From: Polymyxa betae A26-41
Taxonomy: Eukaryota > Protista > Endomyxa: Phytomyxea
DNA: 54,799 bases
Direction of reading: 5' to 3'
Assembly (NCBI GenBank): GCA_003693705.1
Contig: RBZT01000770.1
Span: 1 to 54,799 of the forward strand
Of this stretch, positions 1 to 13,077 are shown piece by piece; within the stretch, counting starts at the first letter, position 1, and every line of letters begins with the position of its first letter. The notes under the pieces are model-generated. The model saw only the letters and a program-made list of their open reading frames with translations. It did no database searches and was not told the origin of the DNA. Position numbers and translations under genes: made by a program.

Positions 1-658
1 AACGAACAATTCCCTCCATTTTCGTCTTTAATTTCCTGGTTAGGTCCTTGAACTGCGAGAACAACAGTTATTGAATGTACACGATCTGTACTCCCCGATG
101 CAATGAATCTATGCTGCCAGCTGATAAATGTCTCGCCGACAGTTGTTTACGAACTCTTGCAAGGTGTGCCATTGTTCGTTTAACTTGATGATGTCGCATT
201 GGATGTCTGGCGCTTGCTTCGCATAATATGGGCTTGAAATCCTGCTAAATCCATGCTTTATGATCGACTAGAATTCTTTTTCACTCTGTTTTAATACCAT
301 AGGGTTAGGTCATGGCAAAGTAATACCATCTCATTTGCAATCGAATACGAAATAGGTATGTTTTGGTTCTTGTCGTATTTACTCGTTGTGTTCTCGGGCG
401 CAATCGAATTCGAAATCACAACGAGTAACTGCACAGCAAGAGAATGAGCTTCAAGTGTCAGAGGCACGCGTGCCGTTTCCTTCATGTAGTACCGATCCGA
501 TCTTGGATGCCTTCTTCATGTCTACCTTCACTTGATCGGTACAAAGCCCGACTCTGATAAAGATTCCAGTAGCGTTGCAAGCGATCTCGGGTGCATCGAC
601 CCGTACTTGACCATGAACAAAAGTCTGATCAATCGAGCGAATCACTTTCATTACCATC

Positions 659-3537
659 ATGTTGCTCGCTGCTATCTTCGTTATTGTGCTGGTCACAATA
701 TCAGCCAACCCACGCCATATTCTTCTCGTAAATAACGTCATCAACACCGAATCTGCTCCAGATTTCGAGTCGTTTCAGCACACATCACGACATTTCCGAG
801 GTCTCTCAGCCGATGAGCTCCTAACGCATCCCCTCGAGAACACCTTTCTCGTTCATCTCGATGAAGAACGCTCCGCATCGGTACGTGATCAGATCGAGCG
901 AGATCATGGTGTTGCAATGGGCACGTATCTGCCTCATAACACGTTCGTCGTTCTGGCCACGCATGAGACTGCCAAAGCCATCACCCAAGTTGATGGTGTC
1001 CGATGGGTCGGAAATCTCCCTCAAACCGACAAGATCTCACCCACCGTTTTATCTGGTCCTGAAACCGATCAAGGAGAGTTCGTATCGCCACCTAACGAGC
1101 TCGCCATGTTCAACGTCACAATCAGTAGCGGACCTGTGAACTCGGCGGACGCCTTCAGGTTAACCGACACGAATCTCAATGAGTCGTCATCGACGTCGAC
1201 GGCTCCGAGTGTGGCGTCGTTGATTTTGACGCTGACGTCATCTCTGAGCGACGATAAGATGGGTGTTCTTACTGATCGACTTCGCGAGGAGTTTCTCAAT
1301 GATGATCGCAGTCGCATTCTGTATCATGTTTCTATCGATATTATTCGAGCTGATCGTATTCGTATTGATCTAAGATCAGAATCCGATCTGCAGAATGTGG
1401 CCCAGGTCGCTGCTGATGACCCCGCCGTCCTTTACGTTGAACGTCGAATGCGGCCACGGTTTCTGAATCGTTGGGCGCGGGGCATCGTTGAGTCTGGATT
1501 GCAACAATCGGCGGATTACACGACCGGTGCTGGGCTCCTATCGGTCCGGTATAACCTTCATGGTCAAGGACAGATTATTGGCATAGCTGATAGTGGCATT
1601 GATTATAATCATTGCTTCTTCTATGATCCCAATTATTATCCACCTTTTAAGACCTTTAAAACGTCACCAACCTCAGCCGATATCAAAGCCAGCGATTTCT
1701 ATCATCGTAAAATCGCACAGTATGTTGTATATGGTGATGCCGGTGATGATTCTGGTGGTCATGGAACTCATACAGCTGCTACAGTAGCTGGACAGGCTAT
1801 ATCCAATGATCCCAGTTATGGTCCTTATGAAGGCATGGCTCAACAAAGGTATGTTCAGATACTTTATTTGTTACGTCATGATAATAATATTCTCACCCTA
1901 GTAAGCTGGCATTCTTCGATATTGGAAAATCGGATGGAACGCTGTCAATCCCGGATGATCTCGCGGATCCGTTCTTAGGATGGTCCTATCTAGCTGGTGC
2001 TAGAATCCATTCTAATAGTTGGGGTGTCTCAACTCCATATTATACCACATCAGCACGTGATTTCGACCAATATATGTACGACCACAAAGATTTCATTGTG
2101 GTTGTCGCTGCCGGTAATGATGGCAGCTGTAATGGTCGGATGACGTTGGGATCGCCAGGCACTGCTAAAAACATTATTACGGTTGGGGCGACCATGACAG
2201 ATCTTGATAGTTATTCCACAATTGGATTATCACCAGCTTATTATTCCAATTTGAATCAGGATCAGTTCACTGCCAATAACATCGCCGTATTCTCCTCACG
2301 TGGTCCAACTGCAGATCAACGTATCAAGCCTGATATCGTGGCACCCGGATATAACACAGTCTCGGCCAAAGCAGGTGGTGGACAATGTGGTCAACCTCTG
2401 TCCAGCTTATTGGCAGCAAAATCTGGTACATCGATGGCGACACCAACTGTTGCCGGCAATCTGGCCCTGATTCGTCAATATTTCCTGGATGGATTCTACC
2501 CATCAGGGTCGCGAAATCCAGCTAATAGTTTCGTACCATCTGGGTCGCTGATCAAGGCGGTGGCGATTGCTGCTGGGACCCAACTCACCGGATATCGTCT
2601 CGTCACCGATCTCTTCATGACTAATTCGGCATCGTGCAAGACGCCTCAATTCGTATCGATCTCACAGTATCCTGGTATTGATCAAGGATGGGGCCGTCTT
2701 CAACTCAATTCTGTTCTGAAATTCCAGTCGGCATCTGCAACATCGTCATTGTATCTGTTGGGATTTAATCCAGCCCAGAAAGCTACATTTGGTGATATTT
2801 CCATCGCTCCTGGTCAGACACATACATATAATCTATGTGGTTATAAATCCAATCTACCAGCACCGAAGATCGTGTTAGTCTGGACTGATCCACCTGCTCA
2901 ACCAATGAGTGCAGTTCAGCTGGTTAACAATCTCGATCTGGAAGTCTACTACCAACAGACCGGACAAACCTATCTTGGCAATGCTGGTGTATACGCTGGT
3001 ACTGGACCTGATACTCGGAACCCGGTCGAAACTGTCAGGCTGGACCCTGTCTCTGGCTCCAGTATGAACATTCAGGTCGTTGTCCGAGCTCGTTCCATTA
3101 ACGTTGGAGCATCACAGCCGTATTCGCTGGTTGTTACTGGAAGTGTTCAACCATCAACATGTGCTAGAACCATGGATGTTGACGCTGGAATCGCCACCCT
3201 CGATCAGCTATTCAACGAAGGTGTCAGACCTGTTATCTCGACCAGGTCAGGCACAGGAATGAATTCCACGGCGCCCACCGAAACGCTGGTTACGCCAGCG
3301 AAAACCGCTTCTGATGAGAAGGCGGGAACTTTCGGACTGATCGATATCCTGGCGGCGGCGATCTCAGCAGGAGTCGTTGTGGCGTTTCTGTCAGCGGGCT
3401 GGATCCGAAGTATTCATCTAAAGCACCGACAAGAAGTGAATGTGAGGAATATGAAAGTGCTGTCTCTGAATATGAGTAATCCTTCTAATGTTACTACTGA
3501 GTCTATTCCTCAGTCTACTACAAGTCCTGCAATATGA
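659..3537 (+). CDS. Subtilisin-like serine protease (S8, KP-43/TagC-like) with signal peptide, prodomain and C-terminal TM helix
   Basis: ORFs 659..1978 and 2074..3537 join through a GT-AG intron at 1849-1901 (QQS|KLAFFDIG). Catalytic motifs IADSGID, GHGTHTA, AAGNDG and GTSMATP; KP-43-type LVWTDPP..LVNNLDL; hydrophobic N-terminus and hydrophobic segment LIDILAAAISAGVVVAFLSAGW. Confidence 0.93.
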
Positions 3538-3923
3538 TCTATTTTGCATTTGCTGATTTTTATTAACATTTGATACAATAAATCAGTCTTCACATGCTTT
3601 TTCGTCAATAATTGAGGGTTCCCTGAAATATGATCCCAACTCTCAGTTTAAAAAGATGCTGCAAGTTGAGCATTTTGATAAATTTCTCTGGAATCTGACC
3701 TGCCATGTCGGACAACATTTCGATTGCTGCTATATGTGCACTCCATGGCCAACATTAACCCAAGGTCACACCGACTTACCAGAAGTCACGTTCTTGATAA
3801 CGCACGATCCTGTAACTCGCCTGAGGGACCTAATAGTAATAAAGGGTCTAAACGGAACAGATTACGTAAGCCTCCATAAGCTCCTAATCACCGTTTCAGT
3901 AGTAGATGTTGCGATGTGATAAT

Positions 3924-4487
3924 TTATTGAGACGATGGCATTAGAATATGTGCTATATCCAGTGCACGATGTCGATCTGTGTATTCTTGACCGAGTTTGA
4001 ATAACTTATATGGAGGTACAGGTAGGACAGCGGGTGGCTTCTCGAAATTGATTCGACTCATGAGCTCCAAGCTTGGCTTCCTCATGATGGTCAGCAAACA
4101 TGGCACATAGTCTATAGATATCAGCAAATCTTGTTTCTGTACGATAATGCTTATGATAAAATCGCCGACATGATAGGCTTGTCCTTGGCAGCTGATTGAT
4201 AGTCTTGGAGCTGCATTCTGCAATTCTAGCAGAATGTTCAGATCAGAATTGCACTCGACGACATCGGTCGGCATGACAACAAACAATTTCGAAGGCATCC
4301 TGGAATCGCGGATCGTGCGAATTTCTACCGGGGATCGGGACTCACCAAACGTCGAACGAAGCTGAAACATCTGCACATGAACGGTGAATGGCGTCCCGAG
4401 CGGCACCGGTATAGGCAGTGACGAGGCAATTGTTGACAAAATCGAGGCTGGCGTCTCCCCAGGAGGCGCTCGCCAGTAAACTCGCAT
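3924..4487 (-). CDS. MED20: Mediator subunit Med20-like
   Basis: Intronless 187 aa; motifs GQAYHVGDFIISI and ISIDYVPC resemble the Med20 C-terminal domain. Confidence 0.65.
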   Translation of the reverse strand: MRVYWRAPPGETPASILSTIASSLPIPVPLGTPFTVHVQMFQLRSTFGESRSPVEIRTIRDSRMPSKLFVVMPTDVVECNSDLNILLELQNAAPRLSISCQGQAYHVGDFIISIIVQKQDLLISIDYVPCLLTIMRKPSLELMSRINFEKPPAVLPVPPYKLFKLGQEYTDRHRALDIAHILMPSSQ

Positions 4488-4829
4488 TCTGAACAGAATT
4501 CTGCGAAGCTTCCTGTTGGCTTTTTCGTCACTTTCGTCTCAGTACTGCATTGCTAAACGTATCTGCTAAGATGTGAGATATCAGACCTGAAGGCATCTAC
4601 AATCTGTGGAATTTGCTAACGTCGTTCCCCCAAGCCATCATAGCTCAATTCAAATGTGCAGACAAGGAACAATCATTACAAAAATTGCGAGATAAAAAAA
4701 TTTCATTCTTTAAACTGACGCAGTTTTGAACGAAATGTGTTTTGCTGGTTAAATATCGCGCAACTTTTGAGACGGAGGTGTCTGAAGTCCGAGGTTGTCA
4801 AGAAATCATAACGTCGTCTGCAATCTGTC

Positions 4830-5465
4830 ATGGCGAACTCTGTCAATGGATCGAGTCCGGCTGTCTATGACGAATCCGTGATTGCTCCTCTGCAGAACGA
4901 AATCGTCGAATTATGTAAATCAGGAAAGGATTTGCCGCTCGACAAGTGCCTGCATCTGTTGCGCCTATATCGGCTTTATCCATCGGCAGCACAACTCTCA
5001 TGCGTGCTCAGAATTCTGTTAAACCAGATGGCAGTTAAATCTCATGGCCCCTGTGAGCTTCTTATTCCTCAATCAATGTATAACTCGCCAGAAATTCGCC
5101 AATTTCAAGAATTTTCGAGTGCCCTACACTTCTCGAAGTTCACATGTCTATGGTCGATGATTGACCAATATCGATCACTTATCAGCGAATATTGCCCCGA
5201 TTTTTCGGAACGCATTCGTTCCCAAATCGCCAATACCATGGCGCAGACGTTCGAGAATATTAAGGTGGAAGACGCAAGCCAGCTCCTGAACGAATCCGAC
5301 AAGAAAACCATTGAAAGCCTGCACCCCAATTTCAAAGTGGAGAATGGCGTCCTGTCAACAGGGTACTCAGCCTCGAAAAACTTCGCTCTTGAATCTGGAC
5401 CAGGCTGTACACAAAAAGTCATTTTCGACACTATCAAGAAATTGGACGAGCTATCTGCTCTGTAA
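4830..5465 (+). CDS. EIF3K: eIF3 subunit K (PCI-like)
   Basis: 211 aa; LLRLYRLYP and FSERIRSQIANTMAQTFENIK..ASQLL match the eIF3k/CSN8-type fold pattern. Confidence 0.75.
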   Translation: MANSVNGSSPAVYDESVIAPLQNEIVELCKSGKDLPLDKCLHLLRLYRLYPSAAQLSCVLRILLNQMAVKSHGPCELLIPQSMYNSPEIRQFQEFSSALHFSKFTCLWSMIDQYRSLISEYCPDFSERIRSQIANTMAQTFENIKVEDASQLLNESDKKTIESLHPNFKVENGVLSTGYSASKNFALESGPGCTQKVIFDTIKKLDELSAL

Positions 5466-5865
5466 CCAAATAAATAGTCAGATTTCAAATTGTCAATTCT
5501 AAGGTGTCCGATTTCGGATTTGTAATCTGAAACCAGGCGATGAGCAAGCAAAAGTGTTCTGCTGCCTTCACGAAGGGTATTCGGTCAGAATGAGTAAATA
5601 GCTTTATACGTGCAAACCCTATTACAGTGAATTTTCTCTTAGCCTAACATAAACCCCTAATGCGACTCGGCGACCTTTCGATGTGACAGACGACACCGGA
5701 CCCTTACTTGTCATCGCAGAAACCCCTCACCATGTCGTCTAACATCCCCTTCGTCATGTCGTTATGTCCATTGTGCAAATGTTACTTGCAATAATGTTAC
5801 CTACAAACTTAACGCTGTTTTCTTCTCATTGTCGAACCTCATTGCTCTCAATTCTGATCGTCGCG

Positions 5866-7845
5866 ATGGTGGCAACAGTGGAAGGTGTCGTTGTCAATTG
5901 TGATGTCCCAGCCGGGGCTGAATGGCTGATGAACAAGGAGGCAGTCAGCTTTTTGGCCCAATTACACCGACAGTTCAACGGCCGACGGCTAGAACTGCTT
6001 GAAGCTCGGCACAAGAGACAGGCCGAGTTCGATGCAGGGAAACTGCCTGATTTCCTACCTGAAACTGAGTGGATTCGGAACCAGGAATGGCGATGTGATC
6101 CGCCACCTGCTGATCTTGAGGATCGCCGCGTTGAAATAACTGGCCCTCCTGACCGGAAAATGGTTGGTTGACGAGGGTTTAAAGGTTACCGGAAAGTTGA
6201 TTTTGCAGTAGGTGATCAACGCTCTTAATTCTGGGGCCAATGCATACATGACAGATTTTGAAGACTCGCTGTCGCCGACGTTTGCTAATCTGCTCAATGG
6301 GCAAGTAAATCTACACGATGCTGTTACCGGAAAAATCACTTTTGAAGGCAATGGTAAACATTATAAGCTAAATGAAAAGGTGGCCACTCTGCTTGTGCGT
6401 CCAAGAGGTTGGCATTTGGATGAATACCATGTTCATGTAGATGGTCATCCTATCTCGGTATGGATATGGTCGTGTTTTTCGCTCCTAATATGTTTTAGGC
6501 TTCTATCTTCGATTTCGGTCTGTACTATTTCCACAATGCCCGCCTCCTAATTCAGAAGGGAACTGGACCCTATTTCTACTTGCCCAAGATGGAATCCCAT
6601 TTGGAGGCTCGTCTCTGGAATTATATCTTCATTACAGCCCAGAACGCTCTGGAAATCCCAGTCGGTACTATTCGAGCAACTGTTCTGATTGAGACTCTAC
6701 CTGCTGCATTCGAAATGGATGAAATCATTTATGAACTTTGTCAACATTCGATTGGTTTAAATTGCGGTCTGCTCCCTGTTGTCTTCACCGTGATTATGCT
6801 CATATGTATGGAGATAGGCCGCTGGGATTACATTTTCAGTTTCATTAAGAAATTGAGAAACCACCCTCAATTTGTTTTGCCTGATCGCGACGAAGTCGGA
6901 ATGACGAGACCTTTTATGAACGCCTATGTTCGTCTGCTGATTGTTACTTGTCATCGTCGAGGAGTTCACGCAATGGTAACTGCATTCTTGACACATTAGG
7001 AGTTTAGGATATCAAACTGACCCGTTCTCAGGGAGGAATGGCAGCGCAGGTTACGGTTCTAGAATAAGCAGAAATCATTAATGATGTCGATTGATTAGAT
7101 TCCTATAAAAGACGATCCAGTAGCAAATGAAGAGGCAATGAAGAAAGTCGAGGACGATAAATTACGTGAAGTTAAAGCTGGCCATGACGGAACTTGGGTA
7201 TGTTAAGCTTGGTTCTCTGCAGATCTGGATTGAATTAAGACTTGCAGGTTGCACATCCTGGTCTGATCCCCTTCGCCAAGAAAGCGTTTGATGCTCATAT
7301 GAAGGGCAAAAATCAGCTGTCGTTAATGCCCCATTATTCGAAGCCGATATCGTCGGAGGACATGCTCACGATCGGTAACGGGGGCTCAGTTACCCGAAAA
7401 GGATTAACAATGAATCTGGACGTCGCTCTGCGCTATGTTGAGGTGAGTTTACTAGCTGCCGGGCGCTTCCATTCATGTAACTTCTTTCTCAGTCTTGGCT
7501 TCGAGGATTTGGATGTGTCCCAATTTATCAAAAAATGGAAGATGCTGCGACCGCAGAGATCAGCCGGGCGCAGGTCTGGCATTGGCTTCGACATGGAGTC
7601 GTTCTAGATGATGGTTAGAATGGCTGCACGATCTTATAACGGTGGGTGCTAATCATCCGATTTTAGGAACCAAAGTGACACCAGAACTTGTCACTGCTGA
7701 ATTCGATGCCGTCGTTAGTAACATATTGAAGAGTACAAAGTCAGATCACAAGTTTGATTTGGCATCAAAAATTCTTCGTCAACTGGTTCTCGATCCAAAC
7801 TTCTCTGAATTCCTGACACTGGATTGCTATAAATATATTATTTAA
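5866..7845 (+). CDS. MLS: Malate synthase (MSA type), multi-exon
   Basis: Spliced exons give [61 protein letters not shown], an 18-nt exon GGMAAQ (7032-7049), GHDGTWVAHPGL and [17 protein letters not shown]. Confidence 0.96.
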
Positions 7846-7919
7846 GCATTCACATACAGGAATGCTACAACCACTGTCTATGCGAAATAAACTATTTGAT
7901 ATATTATAATACTTCCGAT

Positions 7920-8974
7920 CTATCGCAACGGAGGATGCACAATGCCACTGTCGACCACAACAATGTTCTTCGTTGGAAGTTCACCATTGCCCCCAGCCAA
8001 TCCCATTTTATCAACGACGTCAAATCCTGAAAGAACCCGCCCGAACACAACATGATGGCCTATGATAAGTAAACGCAAGCACGACGACCAAGATGAGATT
8101 GCAGTACCGTTTAGGTGCGGCGCATCTCCAAGCATAAAACAGAACTGAGAACCATTCGTATTAGGTCCTAAAGACAAATATTCAATAAAATATACATTTT
8201 TCTAGGTTAGGAACGCACCCGAATTTGCCATTTGAAGTAAATATTTTCTGTCGTGTTTCAGCGACAATCCAGCTGGCTCATCATCAAACTGATAACCATA
8301 CACACTGACAGAGCCTGTTCCATCTCCATTCGTAATGTCACCACCTTGCACAATAAACCCTTTTATAATTCGGTGAAATCTCATACTAAAAACTGTCAGC
8401 AATCGCATCAGATGCATCTCTGTTCTCTTAAATACTTTTTATAATGTAGGTTTGGGGCAAGTTCACCTGAGCAGAGCTTGGCGAAGTTTTCTGCTGTCTT
8501 GGGAACTGTATCTCCAAATAATCCCATCACTACTCTTCCGACATATTCTCCATCGATTTCAATGTCGAAAAAGGTCTCAATAGTGACTTTCGGGAGCGTA
8601 TCTAGCTTTTGGTCGTCCTGAATCGTATCGGGATCCACCCAATCATTTCTTGTTGTAACTGTATCTATCGTCTAATTGGACTATTAACTTCTACCAGAAT
8701 GATCTCGTTCTGTGATGCATACCTCTGGCCATAATTCTGAAATCTTACACCATAGTATGAACAGAGTGCCAATGCAAATGACGACGAGCAGCTTCAATGT
8801 TCTAGACACCAAAACTGGGTTCTGATGACAATGTCACGATCGCCTGGCGATTTGCTGATGCAAGACCGATACCAAGCTTGTTCGTCTGGCAAAACGTGAA
8901 GCGCCGCCGTTCAAAGGAATTCGCACAACATCACTGGCAGGTTTCGTTGGAGTTCCAGGTCTTCGGAAGATCAT
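7920..8974 (-). CDS. Cyclophilin-type PPIase with an N-terminal type II transmembrane anchor, multi-exon
   Basis: Model MIFRRPGTP...RTSL|[33 protein letters not shown]|TIDT... then [43 protein letters not shown] and HVVFGRV. First intron 8822-8872. Confidence 0.9.
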
Positions 8975-9256
8975 TAAATATGAAATTTGCGGATTGCTTG
9001 AAGCAGTCAGTCACCTTTTATGGATTTCTCTCGAAGTTCACGATGAGTTTCAAACCAACTAAAAAATGACCACAAGTTAGTTGTAGACTGTAGACCACAA
9101 ATTGCAAAGAGAGTTGAAGACCAATGTTCTGGAAGATAATATTGATGTTGACATTACTAAGGCAAACAAGCAACTTAAGATAGCAAATAAACAGTCTGTT
9201 TATAAAAAAGTAAATACACCTTTACAATAAATTAATTAATTTGAAGTAACAGATGT

Positions 9257-12133
9257 TCAGGAATCCCATCTCGATCGTTTTTTAGCTGGCTCAGTTTCAT
9301 CTTGTAAAGATTCATCAGAAGCAGCAACTTCGAGGATCGATCGCTTCGTTTCAGATGAAACATCTGTTGGTTTAATGGGCTCTGCAGAATCCCATCGAGA
9401 CGGCTTCAAAGAAGACACGCTTTCAGCAGCTCCATTCAACTGTGACACTTGAACAGGTTCTGCGGAATCCCATTTGGAAGATTTCAATATCGAGCCACTT
9501 TCAGCAGATTTACTGGTCGGCGTTGTCGATTCAGCAGAATCCCATCTCGACGCAGGTTTCGAGGATGGGACAAACCCGCCGAGCGTCTGCGACGATTTCA
9601 GGAATCCGGATTGAAATTGCTGCCGTAGTTTCTCCGCAGATTTTGGGATGATCGACGAAGCGAATCTTTGCGACATCCTGCAGCCATCTATCAGTATCTA
9701 GTTTGAATACAGAATCATGTAATTGCTGATACTTGACAGATTCTGATGGAGCACCGATTCCCGATGTAATATACGGGTTCGATTTCAGAAATTGTGGACC
9801 TGAACCTCCCTTCCGTCCTTCTTTGGGCGTCTTCAATTTCGAACATTCTTCGGAAGCAAGTTGGTACTAAAACGATGTCAAAAGGTCTCATACTCAGCAG
9901 CACAAAATAATACAGCAAGGTCCCAGGCCTGCTGGGGAGCTTTCTGTCCGGTTTGTTCAATGTTCTGTAGAATTAAAGGTAGACTACGAGCCATCTTCTG
10001 CTCCATATCTTGAGTTAGCAGAGTGAATGCCACACCGGTTTCGTCCTGACCGGCAGATTAGGGGCTCATCAGCGACAAGCGCGAAGAAACAAACCTGGCT
10101 TTTCCGACCGACTCGACCGATTCGATGAACGTGAGAATCGACATCGCGAGCTAATTCGAAATTCACAACCGTTGCAAGATTGGTGATATCCAGGCCTCGA
10201 GCTGCTACATCAGTGGCAACCACCACCTGAATATTGTTCAACCGAAACATTCGGAAAATGGATTCATGTATTACCTGAATCTCATTTTTCTTGAGCTGTT
10301 GCAAAGATTCCATTCTTTGAGCCTACATAATATTAGAGTAATCTATAGCTGATTGCATGCTCAACAACCTGAGTTTTATCTCCATGTATAACAGAACATT
10401 TGACCGGACGTAGCTCACGGGCCAGTACCTCACATGACGCACGAGTTCCCGCAAATATAAGTAGTTGACCACGTGTTAGGAATTCGTTCACGTTGTGACG
10501 AAGCCATGTAAGTCGATCCGCCGAATTCGTGAACACCTATATAGGTGGACATCCAATCAGGACAGAAAAACTATCGGCAACAATCGAAACAAAAAAATGA
10601 ACGATCGCGAAGCAACGAGTACATGCAAATTGGATGGAATACTGGACCTTGACAACTTGTTGTACGGTTTTGCTAGACGCCCCGATCGTTCCGACCACAA
10701 TACGAACCGGGTTTTTCAAAATCGAACGTGCTAACGCCTCGACCCGTTTCTTGAATGTCGCTGAAAATAGAAGCGTTTGCCGGTCTGGACGGATCTGGCC
10801 CAAAATCGCTCTACAGAAACATCAAAAGGGAGAGCCCGCACATGAGACACAAAACCGACCTGGCTTGGGCCTCGAAACCCATTTGCAACAAACGATCCGC
10901 CTCATCGATTACGACGAGCGTGACCTGGTCGAGATGGGCCTGTCCCTTTCGTAGATGGTCACTAAGCGACACGATTAAGTTTATATGGGATAGAAGATAT
11001 GATAGCGCTAACAGCAGACGTCCTGGTGTAGCGATTATGAGATCAGTGCCGGCAGCGAGCTCCAAAGATTGCTGATACATTTGCATTCCTAAACCGAAGT
11101 CAGTAGACGTAATCAATAAAGCATTCATTGATACCTCCAAATACCCCAGCTACACGAAGCTTTCGATGTGTTGGCATGCGTTTATTGGCCTGAGCTTTCT
11201 TCAATATCATACGAACAGATGTATTAACATTGCTTACTGCTTTGATGTATTTCTTGGATTCCAGATAGATTTGTGTAGCCAATTCTCGGGTCGGCGCCAA
11301 CACGACGGCTTGTGGACCTTCACCCGTCTTCATCGGTGAATAAGTTTGGTTCTAATAAAAGTCAGATAGGAAGGATCGGGTTGAAGGCTGTTCGCCACCT
11401 GCATGTGAAGAATCAAAGGCCAGAGGAACGCTGCTGTCTTTCCGCTGCCAGTGGAAGCGATGCCAATCACATCACGACCTTTCCAACTAAGTTAAAAAAC
11501 AGAAAAACGAAGGCAGGGAATCGATACCTGCTAAGACGACCGGAACAGCTTGGCTTTGAATGGGAGTTGGAGATTCGAAGCCAGAATTTGATGCTGCTTC
11601 TAGCAAGCGCTCTGATAGCCCAAGATGACCGAATGATAGCCCTATCCCAAATCTCAGAATTTTGTAACATCTGTAAACATGATATCGACCAGGAGCTGGG
11701 ATATTTCCAACCCCATGGATTTGAACACCGATCGCATTTCGTGCCTTTTTAATTTGTTCGGTCGTCATAGCAGCAACATCAGCATGCACCTGAACTCATT
11801 CTCACAAAATGAATTAAGAAGAACGACATGTTTCTGCACTTTGAGAATTTCACGACGGAATGGAGGGTATTTCCGTGATGAATGATCGACCATGGGAAGG
11901 ACAGCGATATCCTTATCGCTCATAGCAGCTGCAACTTCGTCGGCATCGTCGATATCAACATGGGCGTCGTCGGCAACAGGCTCGGCCGGTGCCTTCTCAA
12001 CATAATCGGCCATGTGATCATCAGCCTCCATGAGCTCGGGCTTTCGCGAAGCCAGATGTCGGTCAGCCATCTCCAGCTCGACGCTGACCGATGCCATAAA
12101 GGCGTCGAGAGGGTCGATTTCCTCCTCCGCCAT
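9257..12133 (-). CDS. DDX42: DEAD-box RNA helicase DDX42-like, many introns
   Basis: N-terminal DPLDAFM; [59 protein letters not shown]; C-terminal SRWD repeats. Confidence 0.9.
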
Positions 12134-12269
12134 AACGATTCTGCCTTTATGGCTTCATTCAAATCGCAAACAAGGGATGCGCTATACGCTGATCAAAATT
12201 GCGCTTACATTTGTCATCCCTTGAAATCTTTCTTCTCACATTTGCATTCGAGCTTTGTCGTCCAGCTCC

Positions 12270-13007
12270 ATGTCGGTGGAGGTGGCCAGGTCAGAAGCAG
12301 ACACCGGTGTCGTCGCTGATCGTCCGATCTATAACGACGACGAACGTTGCAATGTTAAGCTAGACACCTCAATGGGCGACATTGAGATTGAACTGTATTG
12401 GAATGTAGGAATCGCTTGCTGTATGGGGATGAAGCTGTTTACAGTTTCTTTCAGGAAGCGCCATTAACGTGTAAGAATTTCGCTGGGCTTGCGCGGCGTC
12501 AGTTTTACGACAATGTCCCGTTTCATCGGGTAGTAAGAAATTTTGTCATTCAAGGTCAGGAATCGCTTGCCTTGGAAGTCGTATGTGACTGTCGTTAGGC
12601 GGTGATCCAACCGGAACTGGTCGCGGTGGTTCTTCTATCTGGAATGCTCCTTTCCAAGACGAATTGAATCCTGCTCTACGCCATACCGGTGCCGGAGTCA
12701 TCTCAATGGCGAACAGTGGACCGAACACGAACAAAAGGTTTTTGACGTCTGTGATTATGTAGTGCCAATTCCTGACATTTTGACAGTCAGTTCTTTATCA
12801 CATTGGCTCCAACGCCATGGCTTGATGGTAATCTTCTCGTGATTCGTTTTCAATCCCATGATTTCGGTTGCAGGCAAGCATTCCATATTTGGAAGAATTA
12901 AGGCTGGAATGAAAGTCGTCAAGCGCATATCCCTGGTTGAAGTCGATGCTAGCGACCGACCAGTTGACGTATTGAAGATTCATCGAGCAACCTGTATTCC
13001 TATATAG
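12270..13007 (+). CDS. PPIL1: Cyclophilin PPIL1-like (spliceosomal PPIase), multi-exon
   Basis: [15 protein letters not shown]|[21 protein letters not shown]|[46 protein letters not shown]|GKHSIFGR. Confidence 0.88.
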
Positions 13008-13077
13008 ATGCATTATTTAATCTCGCAATATGTTTAAAACCTCCATCGACTTGGTTAATAACAGTATAGAAATATTA

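Noticed and set aside
1-290. Possible exons of a minus-strand gene running off the window start
   Set aside because: Short frames with intron-like signals but no recognisable motif, so no model can be supported.
7843-7890. Stop-codon read-through creating a cryptic PTS1 in malate synthase (also checked for ACX4)
   Set aside because: The extensions end in YAK* and YSF*, not SKL-like tripeptides, and both stops are TAA.
9257-9560. Recurrent gaatcccatc motif
   Set aside because: It encodes the SRWDS repeats of the DDX42 C-terminus and is not an independent element.
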